Origin: Asterias rubens
Taxonomy: Eukaryota
Reading direction: 5' to 3'
NCBI RefSeq assembly: GCF_902459465.1
Contig: NC_047064.1
Coordinates: 20,336,001 to 20,400,000, forward strand
DNA length: 64,000 bases
In this document: in pieces, positions 1 through 10,632 of the stretch
How positions within the stretch are numbered: position 1 is the first letter of the stretch
Layout: every line of letters begins with the position of its first letter
Translations under genes and position numbers: made by a program
The notes under the pieces: model-generated
What the model was told of the DNA's origin: nothing
What the model saw: the letters and a program-made list of their open reading frames with translations, nothing else
The model's database searches: none

Positions 1-293
1 GTTGATAGTATAAAACATTGTGGGAAACGACTCCCTCTGAAGTAACGTACTTTTTGAGAAAGAGGTAATTTCTCACTAAAATAATAAAAGACTTCTAGCT
101 AGAAGTTTTTTATTCCTATCTGAAAGCACACAGATTCGTCCAATAAGGGTGTTTTTTCTTTCATCATTTTCTCCCAACTCTGATGACCAATTGAGCTCAC
201 ATTTTACAGGTTTGTTATTTTATACATATGTTGAGATACACCAAGTGAGAACACTGGCCTTTGACAATCACCAATAGTGTACCTTCTCTTTAA
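1..293. mobile_element. Kolobok/T2-like MITE family A, cut by the window edge
   Basis: Homologous to the complete copies listed below. The degenerate right TIR (ccaatagtgtaccttctct) is followed by TTAA at 290-293. Confidence 0.8.
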
Positions 294-294
294 G

Positions 295-2735
295 ATGGGA
301 TTCGAACCGGGGTCCACAGAGGTGAAAGGCAGGGGAATAAACCACTGAGCCAACCTAAAGGCTCCGGTCTGAGGTAGGATTCGAACCGGGGTCCACAGAG
401 GTGAAAGGCAGGGAAAGAAACCACTGAGCCAACCTGAAGGTTGCAGTCTGAGGTAGGATTCGAACCAAGGTCCGCAGGGGTGAGAGGCAGGGAAAGAAAC
501 CACCGAGCCAACCTGAGGGCTCCGGTTTGAGGTAGGATTCGAACCGGGTCCACAGAGGTGAAAGGCAAGGAAAGAAACCACTGAGCCAACCTAAAGGCTC
601 CGGTCCAGGATTCGAACCGGGTCCACAGAGGTGAAAGGCAAGGAAAGAAACCACTGAGCCAACCTAAAGGCTCCGGTCCAGGATTCGAACCGGGTCCACA
701 GAGGTGAAAGGCAGGGAAAGAAACCACTGAGCCAACCTAAAGGATCCGGTTTGAGGTAGGATTCGAACCGGGTCCACAGAGGTGAAAGGCAGGGGAAGAA
801 ACCACTGAGCCAACCTAAAGGCTCCGGTCCAGGATTCGAACCGGGTCCACAGAGGTGAAAGGCAGGGAAAGAAACCACTGAGCCAACCTAAAGGCTCCGG
901 TTTGAGGTAGGATTCGGACCGGGGTCCACAGAGGTGAAAGGCAGGGAAAGAAACCACTGAGCCAACCTAAAGGCTCCGATTTGAGGTAGGATTCGGACCG
1001 GGGTCCACAGATGTGAAAGGCAGGGAAAGAAACCACTGAGCCAACCTAAAGGCTCCGGTTTGAGGTAGGATTCGAACCGGGTCCACAGAGGTGAAAGGCA
1101 GGGAAAGAAACCACTGAGCCAACCTAAAGGCTCCGGTTTGAGGTAGGATTCGAACCGGGTCCACAGAGGTGAAAGGCAGGGAAAGAAACCACTGAGCCAA
1201 CCTAAAGGATCCGGTTTGAGGTAGGATTCGAACCGGGTCCACAGAGGTGAAAGGCAGGGAAAGAAACCACTGAGCCAACCTAAAGGATCCGGTTTGAGGT
1301 AGGATTCGAACCGGGTCCACAGAGGTGAAAGGCAGGGAAAGAAACCACTGAGCCAACCTGAATGCTCCGGTCCAGGATTCGAACCGGGTCCACAGAGGTG
1401 AAAGGCAGGGAAAGAAACCACTGAGCCAACCTAAAGGCTCCGGTCCAGGATTCGAACCGGGTCCACAGAGGTGAAAGGCAAGGAAAGAAACCACTGAGCC
1501 AACCTAAAGGCTCCGGTTTGAGGTAGGATTCGGACCAGGTCCACAGAGGTGAAAGGCAGGGAAAGAAACCACTGAGCCAACCTGAATGCTCCGGTCCAGG
1601 ATTCGAACCGGGTCCACAGAGGTGAAAGGCAGGGAAAGAAACCACTGAGCCAACCTAAAGGCTCCGGTCCAGGATTCGAACCGGGTCCACAGAGGTGAAA
1701 GGCAAGGAAAGAAACCACTGAGCCAACCTAAAGGCTCCGGTCCAGGATTCGAACCGGGTCCACAGAGGTGAAAGGCAGGGAAAGAAACCACTGAGCCAAC
1801 CTAAAGGCTCCGGTTTGAGGTAGGATTCGAACCGGGGTCCACAGAGGTGAAAGGCAGGGAAAGAAACCACTGAGCCAACCTAAAGGCTCCGGTTTGAGGT
1901 AGGATTCGAACCGGGTCCACAGAGGTGAAAGGCAGGGAAAGAAACCACTGAGCCAACCTAAAGGCTCCGGTTGCGTAGGATTCGAACCGGGTCCACAGAG
2001 GTGAAAGGCAGGGAAAGAAACCACTGAGCCAACCTAAAGGCTCCGGTTCCAGGGATTCGAACCGGGTCCACAGAGGTGAAAGGCAGGGAAAGAAACCACT
2101 GAGCCAACCTAAAGGCTCCGGTTTGAGGTAGGATTCGAACCGGGTCCACAGAGGTGAAAGGCAGGGAAAGAAACCACTGAGCCAACCTAAAGGCTCCGGT
2201 TGAGGTAGGATTCGGAACCGGGTCCACAGAGGTGAAAGGCAGGGAAAGAAACCACTGAGCCAACCTAAGGCTCCGGTCCAGGATTCGAACCGGGTCCACA
2301 GAGGTGAAAGGCAGGGAAAGAAACCACTGAGCCAACCTAAAGGCTCCGGTCCAGGATTCGAACCGGGGTCCACAGAGGTGAAAGGCAAGGAAAGAAACCA
2401 CTGAGCCAACCTAAAGGCTCCGGTTTGAGGTAGGATTCGAACCGGGTCCACAGAGGTGAAAGGCAGGGAAAGAAACCACTGAGCCAACCTAAAGGCTCCG
2501 GTTTGAGGTAGGATTCGAACCGGGGTCCACAGAGGTGAAAGGCAGGGAAAGAAACCACTGAGCCAACCTAAAGGCTCCGGTTTGAGGTAGGATTCGGACC
2601 GGGGTCCACAGAGGTGAAAGGCAGGGAAAGAAACCACTGAGCCAACCTAAAGGCTCCGGTTTGAGGTAGGATTCGAACCGGGGTCCACAGAGGTGAAAGG
2701 CAGGGGAATAAACCACTGAGCACAACCTGAATGCT
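295..2735 (-). repeat. Tandem array (32 units, 73-79 bp) of a tRNA-Glu-like SINE head with Pol III A and B boxes
   Basis: GGATTCG(A/G)ACC recurs 32 times, from 298 to 2669. The minus-strand unit reads GGT-TGGCTCAGTGG (A box)-32 nt including CTTTCAC-GGTTCGAATCC (B box). Two linker variants give about 78/79-bp and 73-bp units. Confidence 0.95.
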
Positions 2736-3539
2736 CTGTGTATGTAATACGGTCATATGAACGCTGTTACTTTTTGGGGATACAGTGTCCTTCTGAACTC
2801 TAGTATGATGTCAGTTTTAATAAGTTACAAAGTGAAGCTTCCCAAGATGTCTCATCATTTTGCCTATTTTTAGGAGCGGACAAAGAAAAAGTTGATTAAA
2901 GAGAAACTCTGAAGTCAAAGTCATGAGTCACGAGTCTTGCAAGTCTGCCGAGCCATGTCGTTTCTGACGTCTGATTTTTGTACGGAAGAGTAACATTTTG
3001 CCTTGTACACTGTTTCTAATACATGTGTATACAGGTCTTACGTACACATCCCAGGCTCAAATTTCAAGACAATCTCCTCTACTAGACTATATGTCTTGCA
3101 GCTCAGAAATCTTACCGGACAGTAAATATTTTTACAAGACCTAAATTTGTTTCGCTCTTGTGATATTTGCTGAAGGAAAAAGCTTGTAAAGCTAAAAGTA
3201 GATAATGAGTAAATCTGAGAAATGGTATTTTGAATAATAGTAGAGCGAGGGTTTGTTCCATCCGGTGATCCAAGACTATAGAGCCACAAAGGTGCAAGAT
3301 AAGTTACAGTGGCAGGAGCTCATCTCATTTGGGCGCCGTTTTAGAAAAGAAATGTTTCGTTATTCATTGATAGCAATGGTAAGATGTTCGGCACTGATCT
3401 ATTGTGGCCTCGAAAGAGTGGCTAGCCGTGCATATTTCAGTTTTTTTTCAGCCCGAGTTCCTCAGTGCGGAATAACCTTTGGTTGTGATCATAGAGTTGT
3501 CTATAAGAACTTGAGGGCGCATTGGTGATGCTTTTTGCA

Positions 3540-3725
3540 CAAACGCGACAGGACCGACGCGCGCAATTCTGTACGCACATTGAATGTGAAGTACACTTTG
3601 GAATTTGTGTTTATTGAACGCTGACGCGATGCTGTTTTGTCAACTTACAAAATGGCCACACAAACACACTGTTTTGTCAACTTAGAAAATGGCTGCCTGC
3701 GCGCATGCCGGGTCGCGTATTTATG
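3540..3725. promoter_or_regulatory. CpG-rich promoter/enhancer-like segment
   Basis: Local CpG excess. A duplicated 26-mer CTGTTTTGTCAACTTA(C/G)AAAATGGC contains the YY1-like core AAAATGGC, and there is an NRF1-like TGCGCGCATGC. Function is inferred only. Confidence 0.35.
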
Positions 3726-4204
3726 CCAGTGTGCCCTCTAGCTCTTATATATAACTAGATGGTTGTGATGTTACTATTCCAGTGCTTCTAGTCTTAATAG
3801 CTCCTTTGAAACAAAAGCAGTACCACTGCCTCGAGGCTAGTGCATTTGTACATTCTCTCTCCTCAATAAATTCTAGTCAGTTGTAAAATGAATTTTAGTC
3901 TGGTGAATATTTGTTACTTCCAAGCCCCGCGGAATTGTGGAACTTCACTTGCAGTTCAATGCCTGAATTGGATTGGTCGTATTCCAGGGGTAAAACAATA
4001 TGTCACCATCCTTTCCAATTGAAGTAAATTACATCGGATGAAAAACAAACCTACAAAACACTCGATGATACTACAATGGCCCCTTCAGCCAATGAAACCA
4101 AATCTAGGTGTACTTTGTTATTGAATCCTCCAGTACATTATTAGTAATATTCATGTCATAGTAGTGGCCCCATTACTTCTGCACAGTGAAGCTTCCCTCG
4201 TCCA

Positions 4205-4585
4205 TTAAAGGCACTGGATCCTATTGGTTATTACTCAAATTAATTGTTAGCATACCGTAACAACTTCCTTGTACCAAGCAATGGGGAGCTGTTGATAGTA
4301 TAAAACGTTGTGGGAAACGGCTCCCTCTGAAGTAACATAGTACAGTAGTTTCTCACTTGAAATATTTGAATTGAATTCGAGACCTTAGCTGAGGTCTCGA
4401 ATTCAAGCATCTGAAAGCACACGACTTTGTGTGACAAGGGTGTTTTTTCTTTTATTATTATCTCGCAACTTTGACGACCAATTGAGTTCAAATTTTCACA
4501 GGTTTGTTATTTTATGCATATGTTGAGATACACCAATTGAGAAGACTGGTCTTTGACAATTACCAAACCAGTCCAGTGCCTTTAA
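4205..4585. mobile_element. Kolobok/T2-like MITE family A
   Basis: TTAA at both ends; termini AGGCACTGGA...TCCAGTGCCT; about 375 bp. TTAA duplication with RR...YY ends is the established Kolobok signature. Confidence 0.85.
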
Positions 4586-5608
4586 ACAGGATCTAAATGT
4601 TTTGTTTTGACGGTTGGGTTAGGCATGGTTTAGCTAGGTTCTCCAGAAAGGATGTCGATCGTTAAGCTCTGTAATATAGCAGGGACCGGCTTATGATACT
4701 AAATATATAGGATATGACTGATAGTGCACCCCTACCATGCCTACAGGGTGACGGGGGTAGAGAGTGTGAAATAGGGACGGATGGGGCAAATTTAGGAATC
4801 GTCATAAACCATTGGGGTTGAAGACACTTTTTTTTGTCAGAATTTTAATAAGCTCTGTCGGAATCTTTTAATTTGGTTGGATTTTGTGGTGTTTTTGACA
4901 TAGAGTGTTTAGTGGGATTAAGGGGTAAAACTTGCTCGAAAACTTTGGCTTGCTGGTTTTTGATCTTGTAGGCTGATCTTGCAGGGAACAGGAAAGGGGT
5001 TGTTTTTGCGGGAAATTGTTAATGGTTAGTAGATATGGGGCACGATTTAGGCAGACTAAACATGACTGACTGTGGTCTGGCTGTCATGAGTTCTCAGGGA
5101 TCGACCCCAATTTGAGGAAATTATACTTCTCCCTTGAATTTTGACCTCGACCTCTATGAAGATTGAATCCTCTCATTTTACCAAGAAGGCGCCAGGCTAA
5201 TTTCCCTACAAATTGGATCAGAAAAATGGCCACCATCTATCACTCCAAGCCTCCATTGCCCTGGTCTTGGCCTTTGTGCCCCTTCAAAATTTTCCCATTG
5301 ACTTTAACAAAAGTTTTCCAATGGAAGTGCCCTTTCCAAAATGAAAATGGCCTTGCCCCAGTCAAAGATGAAATTCCAGGCCTGTCCCCTTAACTCTTGT
5401 CTAGTACCATCCTATAATAATTAAATCCTCACATTTAAGAAAGAAGGCGCCTTACTAAATTTCCCTCCTGCCTCAGTTTGGGTTAACTGATATGACTTGT
5501 AGAAAACAAAACAACTACCACCTAAGATCTCCTCAAAGCTTTTATCAGTGAATTGTACGTACACTGTATAACAATGTCTACTTTTGTTTCTCATTTCTTG
5601 CCATACAG

Positions 5609-5665
5609 GTTCTACTGACTGGTGGAGTTGGTCTGATAGCATGGAAGCAACCTTCATCGCTAGCT
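5609..5665 (+). CDS. ENTREP2: Internal coding exon of an ENTREP/FAM189-family gene (VLLTGGVGLIAWKQPSSLA)
   Basis: Polypyrimidine acceptor (tttgtttctcatttcttgccatacag) and strong donor (gct|gtaagt). The exon is 57 nt, phase 0/0. Its peptide aligns by eye with the human FAM189A1/ENTREP2 segment VLLSGLIGVVSWKRPLSLV (recalled sequence). It joins in frame to 49881-50216. The symbol is family-level: an invertebrate would likely have one ENTREP1/2/3 pro-orthologue. Confidence 0.85.
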
Positions 5666-6749
5666 GTAAGTACACCACCCTCCTTCCCTCCTCCCTCCCC
5701 TCTAATCAATATGTTTTCTAACCCCACTTGGTGAAGGAAACCAACTGCGTCCATTGCCGAGCGAGGCGTAGAGTGGAATCAGTGGCTAGTGAAACCTCTC
5801 TACTAAACGTGCGATGATAGAGGCTGATGATGATAGCGTCTCTCCCTCACGGACTGATTGGGAAAACAGACCTCAGCAAATCTGCTTCTGATCATCAAGG
5901 GTGGGATTTAATTCACATTGGTGCATGGATGGGCTTTTGATCAGCGCTGTGAGAATAGGATACAAGACTTAATGAGAACATATTGCATCTTGAGAAGCTG
6001 TCAATTTTAAAGATGCATGTTGGGAGGGCAGGTTTCTTATGAACTGTTGTGACACTTTCTAACGAAGTTATTAACCTAGAAATGAATGTGTACAACAGTA
6101 CATGAACACATGCACTTTTTGTACAACTCCGTCACTTACTTACATGTGAATGACCAGGCCATTGTTCATACAACTACAGTAACTGTCAGTTTGGTTGAAA
6201 TACGTGTACCTGTAAAAAGAGGTGTGCGATTTTCGTGAGAACTTTTGAACCTGTTAGGTTGTGATTTTGTTCTTCTCCGTACTTAAGAGTGATGTACGTG
6301 GGAACCTACACCCTTCTTGAAACCACAGCTTACGCTTGTGCTGTAGCTTGGACTCAGTCTATCTACTTAAATCCCTGTAAAGAAATTGCACGTTTTCAAC
6401 ATAACTGACAAAGCCAGAAGCCCTAGCCTAAGCGCATTAGGTTAATTAGGTAAATTAAAAGTTTCCCATGCCCCGTAGTTTTTGCTTAGAAGTAATTTGT
6501 GGTAAGCTACAGAGTTTTGTTTCAGAAGAGGAAATGTTGGATTATGCAAAGGTCATGACCTCTCTCTACCCCTTGTCTTGGTTCCCTTTAAATAGACTCA
6601 CTGATTATTCGTTTAAATTTCCCCTTTGCCAGTTTACAAATGAAAATGGCTTCGCTCAAAGACTAAGTTCTTGGTTTGTTAAAAACCACACCCTCAAGTC
6701 AACCTTGCGATGACCTAAAAAACACTGGTCGGCGACTGTCTTTTCAGGA

Positions 6750-7120
6750 TGATGCTGGCCTCAGTCTTAAATTGCGTTCAAATGTTTTGTTTTGCTCAGT
6801 CGTCCTTTTGCTTGAGTATGTCGCCATGTATACATACTATACACTAGTACTTGATGCTGTGTTTCAAGATGGCAAACTATAAAGGCTCACAGCGGGGACA
6901 AGCAACGAACCTGGTCATTCTAAGGGTGGCTTAAGAGTCGATGAATATTTCTTTGAGGTACATTGCTGTGGCCTCAGACTCAAACTGTGTTCAAATGTTT
7001 TGTTTTGCCTGGTTGTCCTGTTGCCGGAGTATGTCACAATACATCATGCATGATACGCATGGTGTACGCTACTGTTCTTGATGCTGTTCTTCAAGATGGC
7101 AAACTAGCGGGGACGAGCAA
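6750..7120. repeat. Local direct duplication, period about 214 bp
   Basis: ggcctcag...gttcaaatgttttgttttgc...cttgatgctg...ttcaagatggcaaacta occurs twice. Confidence 0.8.
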
Positions 7121-9470
7121 GAAGCCTTGGAGGCCCCATCACATTGGACAGTGATGCTTCAAGCTCCCACTCTCCCTGGGCTAAGGACATCAACATGTCT
7201 TGGCTGAGTTTACTCCTTCCTTCATGGTTTAGGATGAAGATCGGTTCGATATGAAGCACTTTAAGAGTCGTGTAATCTGTAGAGTACCTGCCAGGTGAAG
7301 GCTCTAGTCAATCAGATCAGCTGTGGTGGAAAAAAGGCTAGAAAGTTACGAGTATTTGGGTAATTTTATTGAACCTTTTTTTGATATTGTTGTGGTGCTG
7401 TTTCTGTTTCACTGTGTACATATGTGTATTGAAGAAGTTGTTTAAACAAATCAAGAAAAGGTATATTTTATAAGAGTTCTTCCCATGCGCAAGCTAGTGT
7501 ATCAGACAAATATGCACAAAAAATAACTATAAACTAATAACATGAAAATAAAATAAAAATTCCCAATCATTTCTATTTTAAAGATCACAAGAATGAACAA
7601 ATTTAAACTTTTCAAACCAAATATAAACATCAAGAACACAAGTAACTAAACAAATATTCTTGCAGCATGGCATAGATCTATTCTTTGTATCTTAAGCTGG
7701 ATGTGAATGTCTTATTAAAAAGAAGAAAAAAAAGGAACTTAACAGCTGTTCATCTCAGTATTTTACCTCTTCGTTGTGAGGTCTGTTTCAACCCTGGCAC
7801 TTCTGGCCGTTAAGAATAACAGGTCCGTACACTCGTGGGGGGAAAAGGAAGATTCCAGACTTCCAACCTTCTCAGGAATCTGTTTTCCATACCTCCCTCT
7901 TCTGACACCAATGCTAGACTGATGAGAGACTTGGGACTTTGAAGATGCCAGGCATTGTTTATGTCGAGGTCCGGAAGAACATGAAAACATCTCATGAGGG
8001 AGAATTCAGGGCATTCTTGGTTCAGAAGTTAGCCAGGGTTCCAACCCCTTGAGATCTTGGCCGATGTTTTCTTGCCTTGACGGTTTCTTCTAGTGGAATC
8101 TTGAGAATGCCAGCTGGGAGCGAGATGGTGGGATTTTTATATCCCATCGGTGATTTTTTGAGATATCGGCACAAAGCCCCTCTGAATTTGATCTTGTAAT
8201 CTGGTGAACGAGACTTTATTTGATGGATGTCCCTTTCATTGCTCTATGGTCGTGTAGCTGTCAGTCTGCTATAAGATTCAAGCCTGCCATACAAAGGCCT
8301 ACATAGTGTACACTCCAACTTGTCCTGTGAACATTAAATTTTCACAAAATGAAAAATTAGTTTTGCAAAAAGTTTCAATAGAAGACAATATAGATACTGA
8401 ATCTCATTCAATACTGTCAGCTCCACAAATTAAGATCCACAAATTCTTTCAAAGAATACATTCATATTAAAATAATTCGCAGTTCCTTTCAAAGCGCTCC
8501 TTATTTTTTCTACAAGGTATGCGGGGAGCTATGCTTGAATTATAAGACACAATTTTGTACATACATTGTAGCACCATGTAACAGTTTACAAGACACTGTG
8601 TAGCACCTTGTAACGGATTACAAGGTGCTGTTGCGCAGTCTGAAGCTAACTACGGTATACTTGAAGTATTCTGGGTTCTTTTACTTATTGTGCAAATCAC
8701 ACATGACATACAGCTTTACGTTCTTACTGAAGGACAAAGCAATTAACTTATAACTTTTGTGCTTATGGACACACATGTCAAGACCCGGACTCTAGCCCTC
8801 ATTCTGCTGATCAGAAATACATGTACCAGAGCTTGAGTCCAGTGACCGCACGGCCACGGCCATGAAACACCATATAGATGCCATACATCATGTGCCTGCA
8901 GTGTCAAACTAATAAGCATTTGGATGTCCACAAAAACATGTAGGATAGAAAATTATGACAGTACTACGCATACCTATAGCTAAACTTTGTCCTTCCTCTT
9001 ATTTCCCCCTTCAATATCAACCCCCTTTTGAAAAAAGAAAAATTACAGGCTACACCATGTATACAAGAGTACATGTGAGGCTTTGTACATGATAAAATGA
9101 TTCCGCTGTTTGCAAAGGACCAAATATCATGACTGATAAGAGAGTCATTTGAGATAAAATTGCGTCAAATGTACCTCTTCTTTTCCCCTATGACCAATCA
9201 GTGCCCCCACCTTCTTCCCTCATCAAATGTAAACAAAACACAGAGCGGTTTTCTCTCAAAGCCACTCATCTCGCCTGAAGAGAGTGGGTTGGGGTAAATA
9301 ATGTTCACAGTTATCTTTATTGTCTGTGGCAAGAGGCCATTTAGGAGCCATTCTAGCTCGGAGCTGTGACGGAAAAAAACATGTAAATCAATCAGTTAAT
9401 GTATACATCTCTGCAGCTAGGCTCAATCATTTAAACAACTCGCACCTGCACTTGATATATGCGGATTCTC

Positions 9471-9849
9471 TTAAAGGCACTGGATACCTTTGGAAATTGT
9501 CAAAGACCGGTATTCTCACTTGGTGTATTTCCAACATAATGCTTAAAATAAAATCTGTGAAAGTTTGGACTCAATTGGTCGTCGAAGTTGCAAGAGAATA
9601 ATGAAAGAAAAAGCAACCCTTGTTTCACAAATTTGAGTGTTTTCAGATAGAAATAAATAAAAAGCTTTGTGGAAATCTTTTAATATTTTAGTGAGAAATT
9701 ACCCCCTTCTCAAAAACTATGTTCCTTCAGGGGAAGCCGTTTCTCACCATGTTTTATACTATCAACAGCTCTCCATTGCTCAATACCAATAAGTTTGTAT
9801 GCTAATAACAACTATTTTGAGTAATAACCAATAGTGTCTAGTCCCTTAA
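9471..9849. mobile_element. Kolobok/T2-like MITE family A (opposite orientation to 4205)
   Basis: TTAA-AGGCACTGGATAC...TAGTGTCTAGTCCC-TTAA; the interior is homologous to the other copies. Confidence 0.8.
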
Positions 9850-10472
9850 TGAAGGTCCATTTTGAATGTCATGTTTGAGACTGTTAAATCAAGATGCAAG
9901 TTCAAGATTTTGTTTGTCTTCAGCCGCAGTACTTCAAGACATTTCCGGGAGGTTATCAAGAGCACCATTTCCATTTTCAAATTGGAAGAATCTCAAGATT
10001 GAATCATCTGTATTTTGTCAACCAGCTTACAGGGTCATACACAGTAACTATGATTATAATTAATTAATTCAGTGTTGTAGCGGGACCAATTTTATTAGTG
10101 GGCTCGAAATCCAATTTAGTCCATCAAGGGCGAGTGGTTCAACCAAAATTATTCATGTTTAGATATAGGGGCCATCATAGCTGAAGTGCAATCTGGGGGA
10201 AATCTGTGCTGGGCAGCACAGTGTATTTTGCTCAGAGCGCTGGGCGAAATTTGTTAGTTCTGGGCAGAATCGCCCAGCACCGCCCACCATGGCTATAACA
10301 CTGACAGACTGGTAACAAACCCAACCCCTAAAACCCATTACAAACCTGCCACCCCCCCCCCCAATTTGGAGTGTCCAGAATTGGCAGAACGGATACATGG
10401 GGTGAAGTTTCCTGTCCACTTCAAGAAGGACGTTTAGGACATTTCAAAATGTAGAGACATATCGTTTTCTTT

Positions 10473-10632
10473 GGCTGTTGTGGCCAAGCGGTTCACTCAT
10501 TGGACTAAACTTCTGGTTCTTAAGTCATTGGGATGTGGGTTCAAATCCCTGTTATGACACTTGTGTCCTTGAGCAAGACATTAACTATAGTTGCTTCTCT
10601 TCACCTAGGGGTAAATGGGTACCTTTGAAGGC
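10473..10632 (+). mobile_element. tRNA-derived SINE fragment
   Basis: A box TGGCCAAGCGG, B box GGTTCAAATCC, core gacacttgtgtccttgagcaagac...gtaaatgggtacc. Confidence 0.75.

Noticed and set aside
1960-2290. Units with unique single-base indels (75-77 bp)
   Set aside because: Clustered isolated indels look like unpolished long-read errors, so they are not treated as biological variants.
295-2735. CRISPR array or true tRNA gene cluster
   Set aside because: There are no unique spacers or cas genes and the context is eukaryotic. The D and anticodon stems do not pair, so the units are not functional tRNAs.
204-2756. About 19 overlapping minus-strand ORFs (up to 278 aa)
   Set aside because: They are products of a low-stop tandem unit read in shifting frames, giving repeated peptides, and are not credible genes.
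7763-8260. Coding-looking GC-richer stretch on the minus strand
   Set aside because: All frames are interrupted by stops. It could be UTR or a decayed retroelement, and no motif is convincing.
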